Notes: generated by a model not told the origin, from the letters alone. A stretch of DNA of 64,000 bases from the human T2T-CHM13v2.0 reference genome, Homo sapiens (GCF_009914755.1 NC_060933.1); one strand, 5' to 3'. Numbered from the stretch's first letter, positions 47,960 to 62,914 are shown. Made by a program: numbers and translations.

Positions 47960-48430
47960 GAGTGACATTTGTTTATACAGAGGTGAATAAAAATGTATAG
48001 TCCCTGCTCTCAGGGAACTTAATGGTTCAGTAAGAGAAACAACATTAAACAAATGAGGCAATTTTATGACAGAGAAGCACAGAGACCTGTAGGAGCACAA
48101 ACAAGGAAGACCATATCATTTGGAGGATAAAGAAAGTCTTCCTTCCTTAGGAAATTACTGTCTAAGCTGAGAACTGAAGGGGTAAAGTTGGGCTCAGGGT
48201 GTAGGGGAGAAGGAAGGGCACCTAAGAGAGGCTCAAAAGGAATAGAGAACTTGGCACATTTGAGATATTTAAGAGTAAGTTAATGGAAGAGATTTAAAAC
48301 AAAACAGAAATAGATTTGGAGCCAGACAACCAAGAGCTCTATCAATCATGTTAAGGGTTGTAGACTTTAGAGTTTACCCTATGGTCAGTGAGAAGCCAGT
48401 GAGAGTTTTTAAAGGAGTAATTATCTGAAC
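47960..48430 (-). mobile_element. L2 fragment
   Basis: tagtccctgctctcagggaactt...aagctgagaactgaagg...gagaagccagtgagagttttt. Confidence 0.55.
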
Positions 48431-48662
48431 ACAACCCCAAGCTGTCCTGCCTTCACTGTGAGTTGATGGACTAAATGTCTTCCTATTGTAATGCATCCAT
48501 TTCATAGGCTTGGATTGAGCTCTTCCTGCTTATGAGCACTTCCGAAGGCAGGCGCCATCTTGGTGAACACCCTGTATGTTATGTGAGGGGCCATGCTCCC
48601 AATAGTGTGTGCATGTGTGCCCTCTGCTGATGGCACTTAGAATTAGAGACTAAAAGGAAGAA

Positions 48663-48957
48663 GGCCAGGGGTGGTGGTGCATGCCTGTAATCCCAGCACT
48701 TTTGGAGGTGGAGGCAAGAGGATTGCTTAAGTTTGAGACAAGCCTGGGCAACATAGCAAGTCCCCATCTCTTAAAAAAAAAAAAAAAAAGAAAAATTACC
48801 TGAGTGTGGTGACACATGCCTGTTGTCCCAGCTACTTGGGAAGCTGAGGCAAGAAGTTTGCTTGAGCCCAGGTGTTCAAGGCTGCAGTGAGCTGTGATCG
48901 AACCATTGTACTCCAGGCTGGGCAGCAAAGTGCCAAAAAAAAAAAAAAAAAAAAAAA
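48663..48957 (+). mobile_element. Alu (AluJ-like)
   Basis: Sense dimer. Confidence 0.9.
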
Positions 48958-50029
48958 GGAGAGAGAGAGAATAAAGGAAGCACCTTTGCAGGTACATGAG
49001 CCTGATTTGAAGGGGTAACTCACACAGTGCTGTAAAACACCCTTGAGGAAAGAATTAGGGGGTGGGATATCCAAACATTGTATTGAAGTTGCAGTTCAAG
49101 ACCTTTTCAAATGTCTTTTCATATTGGGGTTGCCAACAGTTCTCACTTTAGTATCTGTGTCTATTATTAGATATCCTGGTTTCACTTCCAAGTTCTAAGT
49201 ATGCCAGAGAAACCCAGTTAGGTGATGATTTGTTTGGTTTTTTGAGAGTTTCTGTTTTCATGCCAGATGTTGAATTTATTTACCAAGTCAGATCATTCAC
49301 CCCGTGAGACCTACATTATGGAGAGTGGCAAAAGAGAAGGTGTAGTTTGCTATTAAGTTCCATAACTTGGGGTATCTGTTCATGTCTTCTAATTTGTGGA
49401 AAGATGTGATAGTTATAAATGTTACTTTTGTAAGCTGTACAGGAAGTGTTGACTTCTGCTGCTGTCTGTTTAGATAAGATTAGACATGAGGTGATCATTA
49501 CATTATTATAAAGATTCTTAACTGGGTCTCTGTTCTTTCCCCTTCATTATCTGCAAATATCACAAAGGAAAGTCTTAGGAAAAATATGTTTGCGACTGTC
49601 CACACATTCTTCATGAAGCAGAGCTTGGTGGAGTGTGCCATGCTAAATTAGAGCCACATGAGGCACAGTTTCATTTGAGGTGCCCTCATTGCTCCATGGG
49701 GGAAGTCCCTGTGTCAGCATCTGACAGAAGGATTGATGATGAGAGAGCTCTCCATCAGTAGTACACAGTGCCTCTCTTTCCTGCAAGGCAGGCACCAACT
49801 GTGCAGCTTGTAGGAGCCCTTCTGGCTGTGTGAAGCTAGCTAAAGCTTATTGTGGAGTGTCCACAGATGGTTATTGTCCACCACCATATTTCTAGAACAT
49901 TCTCTGGTTACAAAAGTCTAATCATGGTAGTTACAATTTATCAAGGCCTTAAAGCTGCATATAATACTAGTTATTTCACACTTGTCATTTCTTATTTTCT
50001 CACTGAATCCTCCCAACAGCCCTCTAAGA

Positions 50030-50368
50030 TACAAATTACCTCAACTCTTGAGGCCGGATATATTTCTAGATTCAGACTTTTTCTGATTTTAGAGAATTTA
50101 TAAAGTATATACTATTATTTAGAAAAGTAATACAATGAACATACTATTATTTAACACAACTGGCAGGTTCTGGGTCAACACCCTGTGATCAAATTAAATT
50201 TCTACTCTAAAACTTGAGAAGAAGAATTAGTTACATTAAGTGGGTAAAGACTAGGAGACCTTCATGTCAGCTCATGTCAGGTTTTGCTGCCAAATAAGTT
50301 ATGAAAAATCTTTCTTTTCAGAGTTTTTTGGATTTGGGAATTATATATGAAGAGTTGTGGACCTGTAA
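50030..50368. mobile_element. Probable TcMar-Tigger-family remnant nested in an antisense MIR (~49925-50480)
   Basis: Ends in ...ggacctgta; MIR core resumes (agagattaagttgcccaaggtcac) after it. Confidence 0.45.
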
Positions 50369-51330
50369 TATTATTCTTTTTCAAAGAATTACTACTAGAG
50401 CCCAGAGAGATTAAGTTGCCCAAGGTCACTCAGCTTGAAAATGGGAGAGCCTGGTTTCAAACTCAGGCTCTCATTTGTCTCCAAAATCCATCTTCTTTCC
50501 CCTACCTTCTCCTTCCCATTTGTTGAGCCTGCTCTATGAGGTATACAGTAATAGCTTCTCTCTCCAACCTGTAGCTCAGGTTCCCTCTACCCTTTCCCAA
50601 TCTTATGCCCAACCCCTGCATTTTCCTGGGTCCTTCTTGATCCTCCTTTTAGGAGCCACTGTGGCTCTGCAATCCTTCTTTTGCGGTGGCCTGGGTGTAT
50701 AAATTTGACTCTCAGGGGCCATGAAACAGTGCTTCCCTAGTGACCCAGGATGATTCCTTTCTGCTTTCAGAACTCAATTCCAATGCCCCAAATTACAGTA
50801 GGCAAAAGCACTCGGGCTGTCCAAAGATCTGAGCGGATAGCCAAGGGACTAACTTAGTCCACATCAGCCATCTAGCCTAGCTGCTCTTGTGAGTTCTTTT
50901 TGAAAGTTATTTCCCAGGAAGAAGCTCTGCCATTTACTCCAGAAACAGGTTCATTCCTTGAAAACTTCGAAAGAACTGGGTACTCAAGCAAGGAAGAAAT
51001 TTTTAAATTTGAGGATGAGCAGGGATAAGTGTTCATTATTCTGTTAACTAAACATGAACATTTTTGGTGTACTAGGGTCAAAGTCAACTAAGTTAGTTGA
51101 CTGGTGATCATTGAGCACCATGACTACGTACTGTTCTCCTTGCCTTTTAAAAATTGATCTTTCTGCCTTGGCCCAGACTTCCCTGTGTTCTCTTTATCTA
51201 AATCCAGCAAGTATGTTTTCTTGAAAAATGCATGCCATTTGGAAAGGAATTGGTAAGAAAAGACTATGTTGAAGCTATGTTTGGCAAGGGGTGAAGGTGT
51301 GCAATGAAATCAGGACTTTTCAAAGTATAG

Positions 51331-51728
<398 letters not shown>

Positions 51729-52494
51729 CAGCCTCACTCTTGAGATCCTATGGGCCCAGAAGTCTTTATTCTGTGACAAGCCTGCAGTTACAGCTTCTGG
51801 GCAGCAGAACTTTGGAAAAAGCAGAACGTTCCCCACCAGCTGAATTCCCTGGTACAAGCAGGTTCTGCTGTTCCTGCTGATTGTGCTGGGTCTTCAGATA
51901 GATCCGTGTGTCTGGGTTGGCTCCTGCTGGTGCTGGGCCACCATGTGATGTCCTCATTGCCTACTTCTGCATGGCCTCTCCATGCTGCAAGTTAGTTAGG
52001 GGAGCATCTTATGAGGAATCAGACTCAGCCATGCACAAAAACAGATGCATAGTTTTCAGGTGACAGAGAGGAGGTGAATCAAAGAACCTAATTCTTGCAA
52101 GTTCCTTGGTAAGAAATAGGAACTAATCAAAACCAGGCTTGGGAGCAGGATGTCCTCTGTGACTGCTGGGGTTCAGGGCAGAATATGACTGTGTCTTTTA
52201 CCAGCCATAGTTACTTGCTGTGTACTTCCCTAAGGAGACTGGCATTTCAGATCTATTTGATCTTTGTGTGCTACATACTTACGGGGTGGAAGGCTAGGAG
52301 GTGAGGTGGGGCAGGGAGAGAGTGTATGGGGCAGACAATTAGAGCACCAAAGAATATATGTGTAGTTCTTGTAACGAGATTTTCTTTCTCATGGCCTTGA
52401 AGGTAAACTTAAAAGGGTTCCCAAAATGTGTGTGTATCTAACTCACAAGTATTACCAGTCTCTCTTTTATTTCCCATTACTCAAGTATAAATCT

Positions 52495-52790
52495 ATGTGC
52501 GAGGTGGCTCATGCCTGTAATCCCAGCACTTTGGGAGGCTGAGGTCAGCAGATCACTTGAGGTCAGGAGTTCGAGACCAGCCTGGTCAACACAGTGAAAC
52601 CCCATGTCTACCAAAAATATAAAAATGAGCCAGGCGTGGTGTCACATGCCTGTAATCCCAGCTACTCGGGAGGCTGAGGCAGGAGAATCGCCTGAACCTG
52701 GGAGGCGGAGGTTGTAGTGAGCTACAATCCCTACTGCACTCCAACCTGGGCAACAAAGCAAGACTCTGTCTCAAAAAAAAAAAAAAAAAA
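52495..52790 (+). mobile_element. Alu (AluSx-like)
   Basis: Sense dimer with A tail. Confidence 0.9.
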
Positions 52791-53068
52791 ATTATGTGTG
52801 ATGGTCAGGGAGAATATATGCTAAAATATGACAGTCACTTCTCTGGATTCATATCTCAAGCTTCATTCCTGACTACCACTTGCTAGCTTTGTGACCAACT
52901 TACTTCACCTCTGTAAACCTCAGTAAAATAGGAATAAAGTTATACCAACCTCATAAAAATGTTGAGACAGGGCCTGGTACATAAAAAGCTCCCAGTAAGA
53001 GTTATTATTGTTGTTGTCATTACAACATTACAACATTACAGTTGCTCTTTTGTTTTAAGAAAAAGCTT

Positions 53069-53308
53069 AGAGGCTGATCGCTTGAGACCAGAAGTTCAAG
53101 ACCAACCTGGGCAATATAGTGAGACCCTGTTTCTACGGGGGGAAAAAATAGCTGAATTTAGTGGTGTGTACCTTTAGTCCTAGCTACTCAGGAGGCGAGG
53201 TGGGAGGATTGCTTGAGCTTGAGTTCAACGCTGCTGTGAGCTATGGTCATGCCGCTGAACTCCAGTCTGAGTGACAAAGCAAGACCCTGTCTCTAAAAAG
53301 AAAGAAAA
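53069..53308 (+). mobile_element. Alu (AluJ-like, 5'-truncated)
   Basis: Degenerate sense Alu. Confidence 0.8.
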
Positions 53309-55127
53309 GGCCAGAAAGCCTTAGTAGAATTATTTGTGAGTTGCTCTTTTGCAGCAGTTGTGAGCCTGAAATAAATAACCGAACACACATGATAAAATTG
53401 CTTTCTATTCCTAGCTGGGATTTTTTTCAGTTACTTCCTTAGAATTAACATTTCTCTTAGAAACTTGAGGTCAGGAATAATGAGTTTTCAGTAGTCCACT
53501 ATGATTCGAAAAACTAAAGAGTAAAAAGTCCATCATTAAATGTACTGAGTGAATAAAATTACATGTATTACCATAAAAATGTTTTCCTTCTGGGGGGAGG
53601 TAATCTTCACACAGCCAAGCCCACCATGCTAGTAGAAATGTATTTGAAGAGAGGATCTTGGTGGAGAATTACTATTCACCATAATTTTCATTCTTACTGT
53701 TTTAATTAACTTTTTTCCTTTTTGGCCTTAAACTCTGCTTGCCCTGTAAGAGCAGAGTTCTTTCTTTCCTTCTAGAGTTTTCATCATCTTCCAGTTGTGT
53801 TCATAGGTATAAACCCAATATCAGCAACTCATCCAACAACTTGACTTACCTTTAAGCAATAATATTTGACAGTTTCTCAGACTTGTTTGCCAAGCAGTGG
53901 TATTTCTCATTTCTGAGCTAAGTTTATAATCTGAAGATTCATATCATCACATTCTCCCACCCCTGGGGCCTTCAAAGGAGGAGATGAAAGAAGAAGGGAC
54001 CAGCTCTTGGTGTGCGGGTCACAGCTGGAACCGCACAAGTCCGTGCACTCTGGGGCTGACAAGCAGGATGTTCCCTTGTACTGAGAGGAAACGAAATTGA
54101 AAATGCAAGTCTGAGCTCATTTCTTTCTGGTGACTTGTGGGTCGCTTCAGATGTTTGCAACCTTATCCCAATGCTGTGTGAAGAAAGGAGGTCATTGAAG
54201 GAGGCCCTGGCTTAGGCATGTCCTCTGGTGAGTGATTTTGTTCGGTTCAGTTTGGTTTTTAAATACGAGTGGGTGAAGGCTTTTTCTTTTATTTTGAGAA
54301 ATGTGGAAACAAAGGCTCTTTGATTTAAGACCTCAGACTTCATGCATAGAGAGAGTAATAATCACCCAAATCATAATATCTGACCAAAATTTTCAGGACT
54401 TTTGGAATCCCCATTCCTGGCTTTTTAAAAGTTAGACCTGAAATCCAGAAGGAAGATTTGGACAGTCAGGGATGACAATAGCTGTATTCTGAGTGCATGC
54501 AGCCTTTTCTCGGGTTCTTTGGGTGGGAGGAATTGCAGATTCTTTTCTCTGCCTCCTGTCAGCACGGCTCGCCACAGATGCCCAAGGGAAATCCATCCGG
54601 CCTGGAAAATCCAGAAGCACAGCCAAGGCATGGCTTGCTTTCTCTGGACCACAGAGTGGTATAACTATTTATGATAAATAAACAGGAAACACCAATTTAT
54701 GCTTTCCCACTCATGATGGGACTAAACTAGCTAGTTTGGAGTGAAACTCTTTGGGCTTCCTTGCTGCTTAGTCTACCTTGCAATGCTACAGTCTTGTGAG
54801 CACCACCATTGCAGAGATGAACAGTTTTTTTCCTTCTGAGCTCCTCTGGGTATGCACCGCCTGGGATGATGGAAGGGCTTGTGGATCTGCCTAGTCCATA
54901 AAAGTTAAAGCAAGCAGGTTTACCTGCTTTTCTCAGCGTGGGCTAATAATATTTACAAGAAAACTTTTCTGGTTTGTTTTATATTTTAAAATTAATTTGT
55001 GCTGATTGTAGAAAAAAATGTAAAAAGAATCAAAAGTGATTCATAATCCTACTCCCCCAGGAATAACCACCTTTCTAGATTTTCTCCATGCCCATAGGTT
55101 CATGGAAGCCAATATTGGGTTGATACT

Positions 55128-56208
55128 TGCATTCGTTTCTATTGCTGCTATGACAAATTACCACAAATATAGTAGCTTAAAAAATATGCATTTAGCCAGG
55201 CACAGTGGCTCATGCCTGTAATGCCAGCACTTTGGGAAGCTGAGGCTAGAGAATCTCTTGAGCCCAGGAGTTCAAGCCCTGGGCAACATAGTGAGACCTT
55301 GTCTCTAATAATAATAATTTTTAAAAATACACATGCATTATCTTACAGCTTTAGAAGGCAGAAGTCTGAAATTCATCTGCTATGGATGACTATCTGACCA
55401 AAATAATTTTCAGAACTTTTGGAATCCCCATTCTTGGCTTTTTAAAAGTTAGACCTGAAATCCAGAAGGAGGATTGAGACCAGCCTGGTCTCAATTGAGA
55501 CCCCTGTCCCGCAAATTCGTATACTGAAGTCTTAACCCTCAGTGTGGTGGTGTTTGGAGGTGGGCCCTTTGGGATATAATTAGGTTTACATGAAGTCACA
55601 GAGTGGAGCCCTCATGACAGGATCAATGCCCTTGTAAGAAGAGATATCAGACAGCTTCTCTCCCCACCATGTGTGGACACAGCAAGAGGGCAGCTGTCTG
55701 CAATCCAGGGAGAGAGCCTTCAGCAGAAACCGACCATTCTGGCACCTCGATCTTGGACTTCCAGACTCTAAAGTTGTGAGAAAATAAGTGCGTGTTGTTC
55801 AAACCATCCAGTCTATGGTATTTTATGGCAGCTCAAACAAACCTAAGACTGGGCTAAAATCAAGGTGTCAGTGGGTAGTGTTCCTTCTAGTGGCTCTGGG
55901 GAAGAGTTCACTTTCTTCCCTCTTTCGTTCTGTATGCTGCCTACATTCCTTGGCTCATGGCCCCTTCCTCCATCTTCAAGGCCAGCAGTGCAGCATCTTC
56001 AGATCTCTCTCTCTCTCTCGCTGACCCTCCTAGTTCCCTCCTACAATTACATCAGACCCAACTGGATATTTCAGGATAGCTTTCCCATCTCAAGTACCTA
56101 AACTTAATCACAACTGCAAAGTTCTTTTTACCTCTAAAGCAACGTATTACAGGTTTTGGGGATTAGGACTTGGACATTGTTGGTGAGGCCATTGTTCTGC
56201 CCACCACA
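55128..56208 (-). mobile_element. MLT1 (D/E-like) LTR split by an Alu monomer (55194-55326) and an MLT1A LTR
   Basis: ttctattgctgctatgacaaattaccacaa...cagaagtctgaaat [insert] gggctaaaatcaaggtgtcag...gggattaggacttggaca. Confidence 0.75.
55378..55850 (+). mobile_element. MLT1A-like LTR, itself interrupted at 55391-55503
   Basis: tgctatgga...tgtcccgcaaattcgtatactgaagtcttaaccc...ttggacttccagactc...gtgagaaaataa...ctaagac. Confidence 0.8.
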
Positions 56209-56686
56209 GGAGGCAACATATAGTGTTCATCTTATGCTGATTGAGTGTCTGCCATGTGCTATGCACTTTTGCTTTCTTTCACACAGTTAAGAAGTGGTGA
56301 ACTAGGATTTGAACCCAGGCAGTCTGGCTCTCCCGCCTGCACTCTTGAACTCCTGCAATATATCTACTTCTGCAGTCTGCTTTTTCTCTTAATATAGTTT
56401 GAATATTTTCTCATGACCTTAACCATTCCTCTAAGTTTGAGAGTCTAAAACATCATTTATAATGGCTAACTAATACTTCATTGCCTAAATGAGCCATAGC
56501 TAACTTAACCATTCTTCAATAGGAAGATATCTTGGTGTAGTTAAAAAAAACACAGTGCTGAACGTTCTTGTACATGAGCTGTGTGCCCATACTTACTTAT
56601 TAAATGAACTTGGGCCAGAAAAGTTCCCTGGAAGCTGGTTAACTACTGTACATTAGACAACAGTATTTCCTAAACTGTTTTTCTTC

Positions 56687-56873
56687 TTTTTTCCCCTTCT
56701 GTATTCATTTACTTACTTTAAAATTTTTTTCCCCTTCTGTATTCATTTACTTACTTTTAAAATGAGGTCTCACTATGTTAACCAGGCTGGTCTCAAACTC
56801 CTGAGCTCAAGTGATCCTCTGACCTCAGCCTCCTGAAGTGCTGGGATTACAGGCATGAGCCTCTGCACCTGGC
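56687..56873 (-). mobile_element. Alu monomer (FLAM-like) with a ~38-bp tandem duplication at its tail
   Basis: Monomer at 56764-56873; ttccccttctgtattcatttacttacttt(t)aaaat occurs twice in 56687-56763. Confidence 0.8.
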
Positions 56874-57478
56874 TTTTTTTCTTGAGGCACTTAATAGATT
56901 CTATGAAGTGAGGTTTTCTGGTTAACTAAACTTAAGAAATGCTGCACTCCCATTCCTGAATTAGAGCTTCACAATCATATTAGCACTAAAACCAGAAGTC
57001 CTCTGGTAAACAAATCCCTCTCTCCCTCCTTGTTTTCTTTAACCCAGAGTTTCCCAAGCTTAATTTGACCAAAGATTTTTTTCTTTGAGGCATCAAGTAA
57101 CTATCCTACAAAGCTAAGGTCACAGGACACAATGTTAGAAACACATCTTTGGAGTCAACCAAGTGAAGCCACTTACCCTCAAACTCCTTCAAAGGCTTAA
57201 GTCTAAAATTACTCCAGATGGAATAGTTTGAATATGATCACGTTTATGAAATAAACTTAAACGTTTCCTATCCTCCACTCGGAATTTCAGTCTAACATTG
57301 TTGTAGTGGTTCCTTACGTTCCTTACAGAGGTCACATTATACCTGTTCCCTGCTCTGTAAATGTCAGGGCTGGCCATCAGCCAAGACCAATACGGACCTG
57401 CCCTGAGGTCTACATGGCACTGTGTGTTCATGTTGTTGTTTAAGGATAGTGACCGATGTCCTTCAAGAGAGCCGTTCT

Positions 57479-57777
<299 letters not shown>

Positions 57778-59699
57778 GTGTTCTATAGAGTGTTCAGTGC
57801 AGGTGAGGAACTGGATGGCAGGATGTTCTCATTGAAAATGGGGCAGATTTCAGGCATCACAAGCTATTGAATCATTACAGGTGAATAAACCAATAGCAGA
57901 GCAAAGTTTGAGGGAGTAAGCAAAGCTGGACCTGGGGTTACTGGGGAAGTTCTGGGTGAGATGCACACTGGATCAGTGAAAAAGAAGCACCAAAGATAAC
58001 CATCATGGTTTGGGGAGTCTAATGGGGCATGTCCTCTTGGCCAAGGGACTTCAAGGGGCCTTATGGGGTCATGAAAAAGAATGTGATTGAGCTCCCAGGC
58101 CTGTGGCACAGACTATTTGCATCACATTCATTTAATGATCTTCAAGACCCAAACAGTGGTGCTGTCTGCAGTGTCCACTATTGGGGGAAGAGCATCCGGA
58201 GTGCTGTCACCGTCCTAATGGAGAGGACCTCTGGCTGCAAACTCTGGACCTCTGAGGAAGTTGTCAGGTGTGGAACAGGTTTCTCTCCAGCCTTTTGGCA
58301 GCCTGTGTGATTCCTAAGATGGCACCCAGAATTCTGGTGCCTGGTTTGAACCATACTTGGGGAGGATCATCAGAGATCACAGGGCCCAGCAGAGGAGCCT
58401 GGCTGAGCTAGCTTCCCTTGATACTGACCAGAATGATGGCCGGAAGTCTGGGGATGAGGCATAGTGTCTTCTCTCTCTGGGGACCTGTGATAGCCTCTCC
58501 TAAGGGGGTAGATAGAACCAGAACATGGGCTCAGTTATCCAAAGCGACCATTCTCAGCCCCCTTGTTCCTGGAAGCCCCTGCTCCAGAACTGCTAAGCCA
58601 GCCTTTCTTTCCTGCTACTTCTCTGACCTCTAGTGGCTAGAACTGGAAAAACTTGCTCAAGGGATGAAATCATCAATAAGCAGGAAATGTCTTTGATGTT
58701 AAATGGCTGTCCACTTCTCTATAGTAATCCTTCACCCTCTTTACAACATTCTTTCTGCATACATCCCATCATTTAATTCAGCCATCATCAACACTGGGTT
58801 TGGGCTCCAGACTGTGACTGTCACTGTCTTATGTAACTTGGGCTGGAGTTGGCATCTGAGCCTCTGTGGTCATGACATCCAGGTGTCACGACATCCACCC
58901 TAACTACATTCCAGGGTTGTTGCAAGGCTCAAATGACATGAAGCCTACAAAAGAAGTGATATATAAATCCGCTTGTTACTCCAAAGCCATTGAGTCTGTG
59001 ATTCTGTAAGCCTAAAATGTTTTAATTCATATATTTTGGTGAAGGCATTTAAGCCCTTTCCTCTGATTCTCTATGGGAGATTCTGTCCCAATCCATAAGC
59101 ATTTACTTGTGGTTGTTATATATATTTCATAATGGACTTACTGATTACTCAACAAACATGAATTGCCTACCTCGTGCCATGTACCACAGCTACTGCTGGG
59201 ATCTGGCAATGATCAGACAGGCAAGGCTCTACCCTAATGGAGTTTGCATTCAAATGAATTAAGGGGATTCATAGACAGGTGAAACATACCCCCCTGTCCT
59301 CAGGATGACATTATAGCTTAATTGAGAAGACAAAAGCTTCAATAGCCAGATAAGATTTAAGTCAGTATGTGAAAATGGCCTTCACAGAAATATAAACAGG
59401 AGTTCCACTGTGCTGTGTGTGAAAGGGAGAAGCTAGAAGCAATGAATATAGGCTGTGCTTTCTAGGTGTTTAACTCTGGAAGAGTGGCTGGTGGGAAGTG
59501 ATCTGGACACTTGAGAGGTCAACTGGAAAATGATGAAAATTAACCTGGTAATTGGTGTCTATTTCTGGTCCCAGAAGAGATGCAAAAATTTTATGCAGAA
59601 TATGCATGAAATTGTTCATCTCACCCTATAGTCACATTATTCTTTGAGATTCCAATTAAGTGGTAGCTAGAATCATTAGATGCTTTCTGTTCTGAATAT

Positions 59700-59900
59700 T
59701 AACCTTATAAATATTAACTTTGTCCTCATAATAACTATCTGAGGGTAGGTACCCTTATCATCATACCCATTTTACTGATGAGGAAACTAAGATATCAAAA
59801 GAGTAAGTAACTTGCCCAAAGTGATTTGGCTGCCAAGTCATGGATTCAAGCCCAAACCGGCTGGCTCCAGAGCTTACACGCTCACCACTGTGCTATATTG
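59700..59900 (-). mobile_element. MIR
   Basis: cccattttactgatgaggaaactaag...aagtaacttgcccaa...ggctccagagc. Confidence 0.75.
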
Positions 59901-61815
59901 TTTCTTAAGCCTTCAATTAAAAAGTCAATCGGAATTTTCAGAGATACATACTAAGTGTGCAGGAGTGAGGTGACCTGAGGTCTGGGATTGGTTTAAAATA
60001 ATTCAGCAAGTCTAAGGAAGGAAGGAAGAGCCAATTATGCTAAAATCTTGATAAATGTTTACTCTGGGTGATGTTTATAATGTTTATAGGGGTCATTATA
60101 GCATTCCCTAATTTCCGTAATAAAAAATAGGAACTGTTTCTAGTGAACTTGGAGATTTTGAAATACTTATTATTGTACTGTTAATATCAAAAGACTTTTC
60201 AGTTATCTGGGTAATTTAGATCAAAGCAACAAATTTCACTGTTATTAATGTAATGTGGCCATGAAATGCAGTGCCCTTTTCTGTATATTAAAACCTATTT
60301 TCCACCTAATCCCCAAGTGTAACAGCTAAATACCTTAAAAAAAATCAAGAAGGGTGTATCCTGCCAAACATATTTGATAGAATAGCAAAACGTTTGAGTT
60401 AGAAGAGACCACAAAGATAACTTCTTCCAAAATTCCCATTTAACCGCTATGGCAGTTAAAGCTAGGAGAATTTAAGTGATCAGCCCACGATTGAAATGGG
60501 AATATGAAACGATGATCTATAGTCAGTCACGTAGCCAAGTACTGGAAGAGCAGGAGTTAAAAACCTGGGTTTCCTGGACTCCAGGCCTTTGTATCTCTCA
60601 TCAGAAGGAGGTTGTGCCAGTAAAGGGCTAAGCAGCCCATATGGAAATGTGGACACCAGGCTTCACTTGTGATTCCTGCTACATCAGGCAGTTGCCAAGT
60701 TAGAAGCCTGGGATGTAAGATGAAGAAAGGTGAGTCCCCTTCGGCTTGGAACTGGAAGAGGTCAAATGGCCCTTTCCCCTCCCAAACGGGGCCATGCAAG
60801 CCCCATTTATCTTGTGTGTTTTATCCACATTCCTTGTTCACAGGTTTTAGCCGCATCAACCACAAAGGGCATAATTGGAAAAATCATAATTGTTATACTT
60901 GAAGATACTTCTCAGAAGTGCATTTGGGGCTCTGTGTCAATAAACCCACCCCATGAAGGGCCAGAAGCCAGGGCCAGGCATTTCTTGGGAGGGAGGGATG
61001 GAAATGGTCTTGGTGAGGGTGCGTAGAGTCACCACACCACTGTTGAATTAATCACTGACCTCATCTCTCCATCCTGAGGATTCTTGGAGGACATTGCGAG
61101 AGCTAAAATCTCCTCATTCCCAAGGCTGGTGTGCACCTTTTCCATTGCCTTTGTTGGTGTACACTTCTTAAGGTCTGGGAGGCCTCAAACCCCAATGTTT
61201 CAGGACCCCAGCAGGTGAGGTAAATGAATAAAGCTGGCCAGTGTAAGACCGGGGCAAACTGAGAAGAACAAACTTCATCCTTATTCAAAGGTTTTATAAC
61301 ACTGGGCTGTCTGCACAAAAAGCCTGGACAGGTCAGCAGACAATTGACTTCCTCTGCTATAGAGGATAGACCCTGGTGAGGAAAGCAGGAGGCCTGGGTA
61401 CCATCACTGGCTCCCTATGACTTGAGTACAGCCTTCCCTTGGCAGAGCCTCAAGCGCTTTCATCTGTTAAGAAGTGGGTCTGTGAGTCTCCAAGGTGCCA
61501 CCACCTCTGACAGTCTAATTCTGTGATCTGTGATAGAATACATATCTCAAAACAACTGGAGCCACTGTCGGTCTGTCCAACATATATTTGCAAAATGCGT
61601 GCTGTGCCTGTTTGATCTAACTGACTTTTTGGAACTTGGTGTCCTTGAGATCTTTGGATGGGTTTGTGCATTAACCTTAAGTGCTTTGATCCCTGTAATA
61701 TAATAAAATGGCCTACACTTAACCATCATTCTGGTACCACTCTCTGTGTCAGAGGTTGTTGCTCTTTTATTTGCCGGTTTTCTTTCTAAAAGCAGTCATG
61801 AGCAGACAAGCTTAG

Positions 61816-62055
<240 letters not shown>

Positions 62056-62914
62056 TGAGCGCGGCCATCGGTGTGGCGTGTGGCATTCCAGTTCAGGCAC
62101 AAATGTGTATGTCGTTGTCTGGTCAGCATTAGGGTTCCAGTATCAGTTTTCATATATGTGGTTTCACATGCCTGGAACTGGGTTTGGGTTTTTGCCTGTT
62201 TCAAAAAAAAATTGTTGATCTTGCAGGGAGCTGGTCCTTTGCTGCCAAGTATAGCTGGAGTCGACCAGCAAGGCTAGTGTGTAAGATGTTTGGTGCATAG
62301 AAAGACAGCATGCAAGGGCCACGCAGGGAGAAGGTTGCAAGTGCCCTGAAATCATCCCTATGCACCTGGGAGCTGATTTCTACCATTGCCCAGTAGAGAT
62401 TTTATTTCTCTAGAAAAGGATGAAGATGCTGTTCCTTCAAAGCCGACACTCTAGGCAATCCCTAACAATGTTACAGTGCTTAAAAGACTGAGTGTGTTTG
62501 GGGCTGTTAACAAGCCCATGTGCATAGCTTGACAGCAAAGAGCCAGTGAAAATGACAGTTGAAAACCACATGGCTACTCTGCTACACCCAAGCCCTCGGA
62601 ACTTTGCACATAACGTTCAAATTAACTGTGAAGGAAGTCACATGCTCTGTGGTTTCTTTCTCCGGTTAGAGACATAGGAACTGTTGCTCTACACAGTCCC
62701 AGGAGCCTGGAGATCAGCCTCAGGGTTCATGCCAACCTCCTGTGGGTCTTCTGGCACCAGTCTCTTAGCACATATTGAAGTCATCACCTCCTCCCCTGAC
62801 TGCACTTAAGTCACAGATAGCTTGGGTTGGTTGAGGATCCTACTGAGTTTACCTGAGACAGTCCTGGCTTATGCCTGTTGTGGTGTTGTGGTTATTAATA
62901 TCCCCTTCAACTCT

